Part shown: positions 51,592 through 63,065 of the stretch, piece after piece
How positions within the stretch are numbered: position 1 is the first letter of the stretch
How the letters are laid out: every line of letters begins with the position of its first letter
Origin: Rhizophagus irregularis
Lineage: Eukaryota
DNA length: 64,000 nt
Direction of reading: 5' to 3'
NCBI RefSeq assembly: GCF_026210795.1
Contig: NC_089431.1
Span: 3,224,001 to 3,288,000 of the forward strand
The notes under the pieces: generated by a model
The model's input: the letters and a program-made list of their open reading frames with translations, nothing else
Told to the model about the DNA's origin: nothing
Databases searched by the model: none
Made by a program: the position numbers and the translations under genes

Positions 51592-53205
51592 TAATTTTTA
51601 ATCATCATTTAAAACACACCATGAATAATTTTTTTGATTTGGAAATTTTTCTGAAAATAGTTCATATACAACGATATCAGGTCGTCGGCCACCACCATAT
51701 TGTGAAGGACTTAAAAGAATATAATTGTGATACTTTTCATCTATTAAACCTGAACAAGCAGCACTGACACGTGGTAATTTGCTTGGTCTTTGTTCTTTTA
51801 ACTTTTGATTTTTCCAAAAAAATTCTAATATTGGTTGTTTTGTAGCGGTAAAATTGCACAAACTACTTTTTGAGTGACTATCTAGATTATGAGCATAATA
51901 AGATTTATCAAGTTTAACCTCTTTATTACATACACACCATACAGTTGTTTTATTAATAACTTCCAAAAAATGTGTGTGTTCTTTTAATTTTTTGTAATGT
52001 TCCAATTTATCACAATTTTTAAAGATAATGTCATCAAGTGTATAGACTATTTTAGGCTTTTTTATTACTGATTTGTTTGCGGTACATTTTTTATAATGTT
52101 TTTTAGATTTTCTCATATTTGTTTTATTTACATATAATTTTGTAAATAATTTACAACTTTATGCGTAAATAAAATAAAATAATATTTAAATAAACGCGCT
52201 AGATAATCTTAGTACCTTATTAATCGTATAAATATTTGAAATTTTACCTTATAAATAAATGTAACATCTTCAAAGAATACATAGATTTTACCTTATTAAT
52301 TATAAGTTACATTTTAAAAAAATGCATTCATTTTACCATATATTATCGGTTACATAAAAAAAATTTACCACAAAATTTCAGTTACATTTTTTAATGTTTA
52401 GTAAATTTACCTTATAAATTCAACCAGTTTTTTTTGATTTTTCTAAGTAATTTTTACCTTAAGCTTGTGAGTGACCTCTATTAGAAGTAAGCGGGATCCT
52501 CTAAATACTATATAACAGAAAATTGTTTTTAGATATATTAGAATAAGTATAAAATATAAATGAATAATTAATTAAAAAAATACACTGATTTTAGAAATAG
52601 AATGATAAAACAGCATATAAGTTTTATATATTTTAAAAAATATCACTATTCTAATAATATAATTTTAAGTAGTAGATATAAAATGAATAAAATGTATAGA
52701 CTATAGACCTTTATTTTATATAATTCCTAAACTATATTTAGTTTCTTTTTAAATATACTGTAAATATTAATTTGCTTTTTTTATCTGTATTTTTAATTTG
52801 CAAAATTTTATCAGTTAATATTTTTTATATTCTTTGCAATTTTTTTACAATTTTTCTGTAATTATTAAATAACCATTTTATAAATATTTTATAACCATCT
52901 TGCAATTATTCAATGATATTTTTATAATTTTAATTATAATTTATAATTTTTATATTATTATGTTAAAAATATAAAATGGATAATATATTTCAGATTTTAT
53001 AACTGAAATAACTGAAATTCAGTTTAGTTTTTTAATTATAAAATTACTGCAGAAAGTAAAATAAGAATAAATAATTAAAAAGTAATAAATAAAAAATATT
53101 ATAAAATTTCAAAATAAGTAAATAATAAAAAGATAATAAAAAAAACTATAAAAGGGTAATATATGGTAATTAAATAGCAATTTATTTGAGCAATTTACTT
53201 GTAAT

Positions 53206-53445
53206 TAAAGTTGCTAAAAAAACTAAAGGATTTTGGCAAGTTTGTGAAATGCTAAAATAGCAAAACTTTGCCAAAATTATATAAAAGTCTTATTAATAAG
53301 TTGGTAAAACTTTAAAGAAAAGTGAAACTTAATAAAACTTACAATAAATACCAATGCAAAACTGCTAAAACTTTACCAAAACTATAATAAAACTATAGTA
53401 AAATCTTAAAGAAACTAATTGTAGGATTTGAAAAAGTTTAAATAA
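53206..53445. mobile_element. Degenerate inverted copy of the 47866-48108 hAT MITE family
   Basis: TAAAGTTGC at the start; GAAACTAATTGTAGGATTTG..AAAGTTTA approximates the reverse complement of 47880-47910. Confidence 0.55.
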
Positions 53446-55392
53446 ATATTTTTACTTGTAATTAGGTAGCAATCTACTTATAAGTGATTATAACTAGATA
53501 ATAACTTATTATAGTAATTAAGTAACAGTATATATACTATTACCCAGTAGTCTATTTAAATATTATTAAATAAAAAAAATATTACTTGAAAATAAAATAT
53601 AAAACTTAATTTTAAATAATATATAATATAAAATGTTAAATAGCTATTATTTTAAATATAATTATTAAACCATCAAATTTTAAGTATACCATATAATCAT
53701 ATTCTTTAAGATTTAAAAAAAAAAAGGTTTAATTATAAAAATTATATATGAAATAATAAAAAGAAAGGTTTTATTAATAAGTTTATTAGTAATTTAAGAT
53801 TAATGTAAATGTACTTATAAGTTATAAGGGAGTTGTGATTATAATATAGAGAATGACTGTATTTGTTTAACTATTATATAATTTATAACTATTATTATAT
53901 ATTAAAAAAAATTCTATTTGGAATTAAAATATACAAATTAATATAGATTACATATATTTCACATTTGAGATTTGGAATTATAGTAGCCAAAAATGTACAA
54001 AATAATTTAGATTCTTAAAATTTTTGGTATATTTATTTTAAGGTATTAAAATTATCTAAATTTACATTGGCTTTACAAATCCTTCTTTAAAATTTAATTC
54101 GGCCAACATTAATTGATCGACATAAAATTTACCCTTTTTGAAAACACGTGTTTGAACCGGGTACGGATCGAAACTTCCAAAATAAACACCAATTAACAAT
54201 TTAATTTGTCTTTAACTATTAAAAGATTGTAATAAATTTTAAAGTTTATCCAAAGGTATAAGATGTGTACTTGAAGATTGAAAAGCTATTGAAACTACCA
54301 ATTCTTCCAATTCTTCTAATTCTAGACAGACCTTTAAATTTCATTTCCAATAGAATTTAAAAATTATTGGAAAGAAAGAATTTGGAATTGGAAAGGATTT
54401 GGAGAATGGGAAGATTGAATTCCAATAAAAATAGTTCATTGAAAGTTTCACGTATTATTTCAGCTTATACTTTAGATTAAAACGGATTGACCATTAAATT
54501 ATTATTATTTAAAAGTACAATATTAAAATTATGATATAAAAGATTGATTATAATCATGCAATTTTTTTTTATTTCTTTCTTTAATGATAATAACCAATTG
54601 TACAATTGTACGAAACTTTTTATTATTTTATTATTAATTTATGATTTGCTTCTACAAATAAAATTTCTCTTATACTATAATTTGTAACAATACCCAACTT
54701 TTATTTTTTTGAATCAGATTTAAAAAAAGAAAAAAATAATCAAAACAATTATCATCGTAATTTTTTTATTTATAGGTGAAATATTTTTTTTTGATTGTAA
54801 ACTTACAAATTTGGGATAATCTAATATTGCACGCGATAAATGATTTTACCTAGTTAAGAAAAAAGTATAAATGTATATTCCAGAAATATCCAAAATTTAC
54901 TGACATCAAAGAAAAAAAACTGCTTAATGACATAAAGTTTAATGAATAATGAAATTTGTGTAAGAATTATTAGTTTCTGCACGTTAAAAAAAAATTTACC
55001 TTTCTTGTAAAAATCCTTTAACTTAAAATTATTACTTTTTGACTTTAAAGTTTAAGTTCATGCAATTTAAAATTTCATTCTTATCCAATTATGGTCAATT
55101 TTAATAAAGAAGTCCTTTTTTAAATACCGAAAAAAACCTATAATCGTAGGACGAAATTACCTAATTACGATCATGAAAGAAAATCCTTGTCCTGGTGTTG
55201 ATTTACAATGCATAATGCATATATATATTACGAGCATCTTTTGATGGTATCACAAACAAAAATTGATTGGTAAATTAATCCGCAGAAAAAAAAAAAGAAA
55301 GACATCCTTGTAAAAATCTAATCAATTCGAAAATTTACAATTCAAAAGTTGATTTAATTGGTGTTATCATATCTTCTTTAAAAAAAATTTCT

Positions 55393-55400
55393 TATAAATA
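55393..55400 (+). promoter_or_regulatory. TATA box of the secreted repeat-protein gene
   Basis: TATAAATA lies ~155 bp upstream of ATG 55551 and is followed by a CT-rich tract. Confidence 0.5.
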
Positions 55401-55550
55401 TGCTCCTTTTTTGCGCTTTTCCAGTTTTTCCTCAGAATAAACATTCATTCTTTCAGAATAATAACAAAAAGAAAGAACAATAAATACTTTATTCAATTTT
55501 AATCATTCTCCTTAAACAATTTCCTTAATCTCCCTTATTTTATCAACAAA

Positions 55551-56612
55551 ATGAAAGGAACCACTTTAATCTCTATTACTTTGGCAATTCTTTATTTGAC
55601 AACTCCATCAGTTTTGTCAACTCCCATCGGCAGAAGAGATGTAACTCCCCCAAACGCTGACTTGAATGTTCACGGAGTTCCTATTGTAAATGCTGAGGCT
55701 GGTACTAAACGAAAAGTAGGCGCTGGAGTAGATCCTGGCGTTAATTTAGGTACTAAAGTCGGTTCTAATGAAGAGAACGTGGATCCTAACGTTCAAGCAG
55801 GCACTAAACGAGATGTTGCCGTTAATGCAGATTCTAAGTTATTGAAAGCTAAAGTAACCAAGCCTGATTCTAAACGAGATGTTGCCGTTAATGCAGATTC
55901 TAAGTTATTGAAAGCTAAAGTAACTAAGCCTGATTCTAAACGAGACGTTGCCGTTAATGCAGATTCTAAGTTATTGAAAGCTAAAGTAACCAAGCCTGAT
56001 TCTAAACGAGATGTTGCCGTTAATGCAGATTCTAAGTTATTGAAAGCTAAAGTAACCAAGCCTGATTCTAAACGAGATGTTGCCGTTAATGCAGATTCTA
56101 AGTTATTGAAAGCTAAAGTAACTAAGCCTGATTCTAAACGAGATGTTGCCGTTAATGCAGATGCTGGCGTGTTGAAAGCTAATGTTGATGGTGAACAACC
56201 TAAGCCAGAATCTAAACGAGATGTTGGTGTTGATGCAAATACTGGCGTATTGAATGGTAAAATTGGCAGTTCAAAATCCAATCCTAATACTAAACGAGAT
56301 GTTGGTGTTGATGCAAATACTAACGTATTGAAAGCTAAAGTTAATGGTGCAAAACCCACCAAACGAGTTAATGTTGATGTAGATATTGGTGAACCAGCTA
56401 CTTCTGGTACTCCTCAAATTCCCCCTCAAATTCCTCCTGTAAAACCCACCAAACGAGCTAACGTTAATGTAAATATTGATGGACCAGCTACTGATGGAGC
56501 GAAACCTGGTACTCCTCAAATTCCTCCTCAAATTCCTCCTAAACCTACTAAACGACAAGTTAAAGTTGATGCAGTTACTAAAGTATTGGACGCTAAAGTT
56601 AATAGTAATTAA
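55551..56612 (+). CDS. Secreted Kex2-processed repeat protein (KEP-type multi-peptide precursor), 353 aa, intronless
   Basis: Signal peptide MKGTTLISITLAILYLTTPSVLS. One RR and 12 KR sites delimit 13 peptides. Five identical DVAVNADSKLLKAKVTKPDS-KR units (66-bp repeats from 55812). Confidence 0.92.
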   Translation: MKGTTLISITLAILYLTTPSVLSTPIGRRDVTPPNADLNVHGVPIVNAEAGTKRKVGAGVDPGVNLGTKVGSNEENVDPNVQAGTKRDVAVNADSKLLKAKVTKPDSKRDVAVNADSKLLKAKVTKPDSKRDVAVNADSKLLKAKVTKPDSKRDVAVNADSKLLKAKVTKPDSKRDVAVNADSKLLKAKVTKPDSKRDVAVNADAGVLKANVDGEQPKPESKRDVGVDANTGVLNGKIGSSKSNPNTKRDVGVDANTNVLKAKVNGAKPTKRVNVDVDIGEPATSGTPQIPPQIPPVKPTKRANVNVNIDGPATDGAKPGTPQIPPQIPPKPTKRQVKVDAVTKVLDAKVNSN

Positions 56613-57071
56613 AATGTAAAAAATCCTGGGACTAATACCGAAAAATACAGACCTGGATAATATTAGTTCAAATTGAAGTTAATTAACTGAAAGTAATAAA
56701 TTCATTTTTATTAATTATTATTATTCCTACAGAAACCCTTTACCCTAATATATATATACTCGACTTAAATTACCATAATAATATAAATATTATAAATAAA
56801 ATCAACGATAGAATTTTTATTAATTTTTCTTAAATGTATTTAATGTACTTTTTCTTTAATATTTTATATACATAGAATTTATATATATCATGTATTGTGA
56901 TGTATGTGTTTTTTTTTTAATTAACCTTTTTTAAAAAAATAAATCGTGTTCTTAAATAATAAACATATTTATATAAATTTATAATGATTTTTTTACATTT
57001 CAAAATAAAATGTGAATTAATACATTTTTTTCGTTTATAATCTTGAAATGTTTTAATAGTATACCATTGTA

Positions 57072-58605
57072 CAGTCCCCGGTGAAAATAATGGCGGTCAG
57101 TTTTATATAACACATAAATTTTATAATGAAGTTATGAAATTTTTTTTTATTTTCGGAAAGAGGAACATGTAATTTATTATTTAATAGTTGACTTCTGAAT
57201 CAACACGTGATTCAATTTGATTTTGCATTCTATTATCTATTAACCTCGCAATTAATAACTATACTATTTACTATTTTCTTAAATTAAAGAAAATATTACT
57301 AGGAAACGGGAACCGTTGTAAGTCCGGAACGAAAAACTAAAATTTGCCGATTCATTGGGTGACGATCACGTGGCGGACAGAGAAACTCACGGGATCGATT
57401 TTTTTTCATAGTGCGTAAACATATATTGTCCTTCGCTTCGCTCCGGACAATTATTATTTTAGTTGTGGATTTTATATATTAAAAAAAAAAATTCTAAAAA
57501 GATTCTTACTTATTCTCAAAGAATTAAGAAATGGCTTATAAAATTGTTTCCTTTTTTTTTTGCATTACCATTTCTTAATATACTGCATCAAAAACAATCC
57601 AATGTTCTCATTAGAATTTGAGATATGGGCTTTTAAAAAAGAACAAGAAAAACTCATTATTGAAAGACATATATATATAATTTTTATATACTGTTGGCCA
57701 CTGCATATAGTATCCCCGAAAATAGTACCCCCATGATTAAGGCCCGGGTACCCATGCTACCTAGTTCTTGAATAATACCCGGGGTATAACCTCTAATAAT
57801 TTATCACTTTTCATATAATTTAATCCAAATATAGTACCCGGTTCCTCACGAGGTACCCGCGGGTACTATTCAATTTAAAATATCGAGTTCTTGAATAAGA
57901 CCCTGGGTACTATATGCAGTGGCCAACGGTACCACTTCAAAATTATGGAATTTGTTATTTTATAACTTCAACATAATAAAAAAAGCTCACCAATAATCTA
58001 AAAATTATTTGATCAGTCAAAAATACAAATATTTCAAAGTTTTCGCCAGAAAATCGGAATATTTGACAAACAATTTAAAAAAAAATGTGAAATAACCATC
58101 ATTTTGATTTTTGGTGGTATTTTTTTTTTTATAATATAGCTTTAATGTGGCATTTAGAATAAAAATATTTAAAAATTTTGGCATTTTTAATACATGTAGT
58201 AAGGAAGGGATATATTGGTTACAGGAATGCAAAAAAATTCCAGTTCAATTAGGAATTTCCTTAAAAATTTGATTTAAGAAAAAGTTACCAGTATTATAAA
58301 TAGATTTAAATGTAATGAAAGCTATTTTGGGTAATAAATTCAATATTTGAAATTACTTTTTATTGTAATAGAAACTATTTTGGGTAATAAATTAAAAATA
58401 ATGACCAGCTCTAAGGCCACATAAGTGATTGCCTTGGCCCTGAGAAAAATACTACAAAAAATTAAAAATAATGTCAATATTTGAAATTACTTTTTTTTTT
58501 TATTGTTTTTATAAATGAGCATTTCACTGTTCAATTTGATACTAAACAGAATAGTAATGAAGTTAAAAGCAGTATTCTTACCGCCATTCTTTTCGCCGGG
58601 GACTG
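57072..58605. mobile_element. Non-autonomous Tc1/mariner-type element
   Basis: TIRs CAGTCCCCGGTGAAAATAATGGCGGT / ACCGCCATTCTTTTCGCCGGGGACTG, TA on both sides. No transposase recognised. Confidence 0.8.
57691..57929. mobile_element. MITE nested in the 57072-58605 element
   Basis: TIRs CTGTTGGCCACTGCATATAGTA / TACTATATGCAGTGGCCAACGG with TA flanks and internal GGTACCC repeats. A related fragment lies at ~9328-9358. Confidence 0.85.
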
Positions 58606-61600
58606 TATGATTTAATATCGTATTCCCTACATATAATATATATGAAGGGCTTCGTAAAGCAAAAATAATTAAATTACTTGAGCCTGAAGGGTTTGAAAGG
58701 TTTAGAAAGGAGGATAACCCCTTCAAGGGAGAATATCCCATTCTTACTGGCGCAAGACCACTTCAGAGATGTTAGAGCCGTACAAGAATAAAGTTCGGCG
58801 CATCCACACGGATGGCGTAATATTGGCTAAAGCGTAATTCGATTATTCGAGCCAGTGTGCTTATTATCGATTTGTAATAAATAGTTATTGAATGGGGGAA
58901 TAGAGATATCTATCAGTCGAAGACCGATATCTCCCCATCCAATAACTAAGTTATAGACTCATAGTTCGATCACTAGGAATACTGCGGTGACGGGTGACCA
59001 ATAGGAATTAATGCTAATTTCAATAATATCAGTCAGTAAAATCCCGCATATTCCTAATCGACTGATTTAAAAGGATGGAATTTATATACAAGAAATTCAA
59101 TAGTTTATTAAATTTACTTTCAACACTTAGAGAATCTGGACTACTATTAAAAAAGATGAAATCGTTAATTAATACAGTAATAAGATATAATTATGTTAAG
59201 ATTGTGTACGCTGACATAATTCGACTGAAGAAAATGACAATTTTTTTGAACAATGATCTTTCCCATATTCATTATTCAATACTTTTATCCGTTTATCTAA
59301 TGTTACTTTCTAATTGGAAAGAATCTGAATGGATACTCTAATATTATATTTGTGTTCTACAATTACAAAGTATTATTCCAATCGTAAATTGGCAAAAACT
59401 TCTCATGACAAAGTACAACTGTGAGAAAGTAAAAAGATGAATTAATAAGTACGAATATGCAAATCATTTAAACCCTAATTAAAATTAAAATATGATTTTT
59501 TTAAGGGATTTTTTTTTCCTGAAACCGCGTAACAGACCAACAAAGACACACGGTTGATATATAATTTACGTGTATGAATATTTAATAATTACACATAATC
59601 ACACATATTGAGCACAAGTGAAACAATGATATTCTCTGACATCAGACAAAATATGATATGTGACAAGAATTTATAAATCTCGAAGATGGATTATAATTGA
59701 AACTATATTTTTATTATAAATTTTTTAAAATGGTAAAAATCCAAATTGATCAAACAATTAACTATAAATAACTTTACTGCGAATATTCAATACATTTGGG
59801 TGGAGATGGCGTCAAAAAACTCAAACTTAATGTGTTTCCAGTTTTTCATGTCGAAATTTATAGTATTGGTTCTAATAAATTATTTGCATGTACCGTACAT
59901 GTATGTATGAATATAACGAAAATGCCAAGGATCGTGACAATCAAAAAAAATCCAAATGTTTAACCACATTTATTTTTTTCAAAACGCTAATACTTTAATG
60001 TACATAATTACTATTCCTACCGGAACGACCCTTTTTCGTACAAGTTTCAAAACCCTAAAGTTGGTACAGGTTTCAAGGGTATCCCTGATATACTCTGATT
60101 TAATTAAATTAATTGTCCATCATATTATGTAATTCGCTTATTTCATCTATCATTTTCTAATCATGTCAATCATGTAAAAATGAACTATACTTCTTTTTTC
60201 TATTCGATATTTACAACTTTTTTTTTTTTGCTTTTTTTTTGCGTACATTTGTTTAAAAAAATTTCAATGTTTTAAAATAAATGAAGGAAAGAATAACGTT
60301 GATTGATTGGATATAAAAATTCCAAGCTTTTTGTATCTGATTCCTCAAATTAATTAATTAAAATTCATTAAGATCATTGTGATACGAAATTTAAATTCCA
60401 TTATTCCATATAATGAAGTAAACAAATAATGTATGTAATATCTTTTTTTTTAAAAAAAATAAAAAATGTGTAAAAGAACGTGACTCGATCATTTATATAC
60501 AATGAGAAACACGCGAACAGCATTTTTTCCGAATTAAGTACAGAATACAGAATACAAACTTTCGATCTATTCCGATTTCCGATATCTTATAATATATATA
60601 GTAAAATATTCTTTTTTTGGATCTACGATGATTATAATAATAATAATAAATAACTCCGTTCTTTTTTTTAAAAAATAATTCAAGTTGTTTTCCCAATTAG
60701 TTAATAATCCCATTTTTCACCAAAAAGAAAAAAGAAAAAAAAATAAATTCCATGGAAATTAATTTCATAATATAATTCTGAAAAAAGACCCTTTTATGAC
60801 TTCATGTAGATTTTTTTTTAAAAAAACACACGATTGAAATACAAACAATATTAGTGTTACTCACATTATATGTGTTTTCGGGATACACGCTTACATATCA
60901 AAAAAAAAATAATAACGATTTCTTAAAAGTCACACCAACAAAATTAAACCGCAGAATCGTTTCAACTAAGCTCGGAAAAAAAAAACCATTTATAAAAGAT
61001 ATTATATAAAAAACAAAAAATTAATTAATAGGTCAATTGACAATTCTTTATTTTTTTGGGGGAGAATTCCCTTCAAAAATATTGGGTGTGTAACATTGTT
61101 TCGCTCCTTATGTCAAATGATAATATAATCTAGAAATAATTTAATTGCATTAAAATAAAATAAAAAAAAAAATTTTCAAAGAAAAAAAATATTAACATTT
61201 CTTTGTACTTATTAAAAATTAATTAAATAACTCCGTCATCACCCCGCTATTATTATAATTATATTATACTATTTTATGAATAACGTGTAACATTTTATCA
61301 TTTATCTTGAAACTGATTAAGGAACACAAAACAACCCTTTTAATTATTTTGTACCAATGAAAAATTGAATCTTTATTATTTTAAATAAGGAATTTTCTAA
61401 GATATCTGCAATTTGACGGTTAAAAAAAAACAAATAGGCCAATATAATTTATAATAATTATAAAACCTTTTCCCCTATAAATAAATATCATAATTAACTT
61501 TTTATATCAAACAGGGAATTTAAATGTTACACTTGTGAGATTTGTTTATATTATCCTAAATAATTATCCCAAGTAATTATCTATTCACGTGATATGATCG

Positions 61601-61857
61601 GCTCAAGTTTCGCCATTCGCTCATTACACCAATATGAAAAGGCTTATACAGTATATATAGTAATCTCATAGAAATTAATGATAAAAAAATTATATAAATA
61701 CTCCAAGTTTGCCACCTTCCCATTTTCTTCAAAAAAAAAACAGTTCTTCAAAAAAGATAACTTATCTCAATTAATTTACAAAGTAATTGTTTAACCGGCT
61801 TAAACAACACAAATTTCTATCCTTACCTTTAAACCTTCATTTTTTACATCAAACAAA

Positions 61858-62212
61858 ATGTTGAGCTCAAAAGTTATCTCATTTATCACCTTTTTCGTTG
61901 TTATAATCGCTGTTGTTCTTTCAGTTACCTCTGCCCCTGTAGCTGCTCCAGGTAATTTTTTATATTAATTAACTAAATGAGCAATTGATTTATCAAAAGT
62001 ACATTCTGATTTATTTTATTTTATCTTTTTTTATTATATTAGTTGATGCAGATGAAGCAAATGGTAATCAAACTATTTTACAATCCGATTCTGTCCCCGT
62101 CGCTTCTGATGGTGGTGACATTTCACTTTACAGTGATGATGATGCAAAGAAAATCCCTGAAGACGTTGTCGACAAGGGCAACTCTGCCAAAGGAGATGGC
62201 AAAGGACAATAA
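61858..62212 (+). CDS. Small secreted acidic protein, 87 aa, two exons (61858-61951, 62043-62212)
   Basis: Signal peptide MLSSKVISFITFFVVIIAVVLSVTS, then APVAAP|VDADEANGNQ.. across a phase-1 GT-AG intron (61952-62042). TATATAAA near 61691. Confidence 0.85.
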
Positions 62213-62844
62213 GAATTTCTTACAGGAAGATAAACGCCATCCCTTATTATAATAACGACATAATTAATAATTACACATATAAATTAATTTAATAAATATT
62301 ATGTGGTTCTTTTTTTTCTGAAATTTTTTAATATAAAAGGTGTAATTTTATATTATTTGTAATTTATTTTTTTTTTCACCGTCCCTTAGAAATTTAGTTT
62401 TTAATAAAGGATCTTTGTTTTAGAAGTGTAAAAAAATTATATTTTTTAAGTCCCACTATATAAATCTAACTTTTTAATTATAATTTTCTGTTCAAATAAA
62501 TGATAAAATAAAAAATTTGAATAAAATAATATAAACCTTACATTTTATTTCTATTTGACCATTGTTGATGACGGGATTTATGTTGTTACACGATCATCTA
62601 AACATGTAATATTTTATTTTAAAAGTAATTTTTGTTCGTTTTTCGATAAAATTGGGTTTCGCTCCGCTTCCGCTCTGCAAAATTCTTTCAATGTTTATTC
62701 CGAGTTATTACTTTGTTATAATTACTTTGTTATAATAATTACTTTGTTCGGAAAAACTAATTGTAGTTAATAACACTTTACGTATTATTTCTTTTTATTT
62801 GTTCCAATTGGGCCAACAATGTGGCTTGGCGTTTTTGTAACACT

Positions 62845-63065
62845 ATATACTAGCCTCATTAGTAAAATGATTATGATTATCTTAACACCTATTACAAACT
62901 ATATTAGCCTCATTGGTAAAATGATTACCTTTTTACGTACTTATATTAGCCCCATTGGTAAATGATTACTTTTTACGTCATCTACTTAACACCTATTACA
63001 AACTATATTAGTCTCATTAGTAAAATGATTGCTTTTTACGTGATCGTCTTAACACTTATTACAAA
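62845..63065. repeat. Short degenerate tandem repeat (4 copies of TATATTAGCCTCATTGGTAAAATGATT)
   Basis: Copies near 62845, 62900, 62943 and 63004. Confidence 0.75.

Larger units (their letters stand above)
46609..52116 (-). pseudogene. Large multi-exon DDE transposase pseudogene (DxxH type)
   Basis: N-terminal Cys/His region VWCVC..HSKSSLC; GPVVLITDCTKL (~49510-49545); SFGADGAITE; QDMKHAKKIARNQ (~48955-48990); DKQDDSAAFRVF; TETLEYVFGLAHQ (~48345-48382). Many stops and two nested insertions. Confidence 0.8.
46346..52500 (-). mobile_element. Decayed ~6.2-kb DDE DNA transposon with AG-starting TIRs and TTAA-like flanks (Kolobok-like ends)
   Basis: Left end TTAA|AGAATCCCACTTACTTCTAATAGAGGTTAC, right end GTGACCTCTATTAGAAGTAAGCGGGATCCT|CTAA. 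TTTACCTTA subterminal repeats at both ends. Contains a transposase pseudogene. Confidence 0.8.

Noticed and set aside
55812..56141. Regular repeats as a possible CRISPR array
   Set aside because: The units are contiguous 66-bp coding repeats with no unique spacers, there are no cas genes, and the context is eukaryotic.
55793..56558. Antisense ORFs (189 aa and 95 aa) over the KEP gene
   Set aside because: They are shadows of the repetitive sense ORF: one stop-free repeat unit propagates an open antisense frame. There is no independent coding signal.
58620..58780. Protein-like stretch NIYEGLRKAKIIKLLEPEGFERFRKEDNPFKGEYPILTG
   Set aside because: It lacks a start and splice context and a recognisable family; at most a small gene relic.
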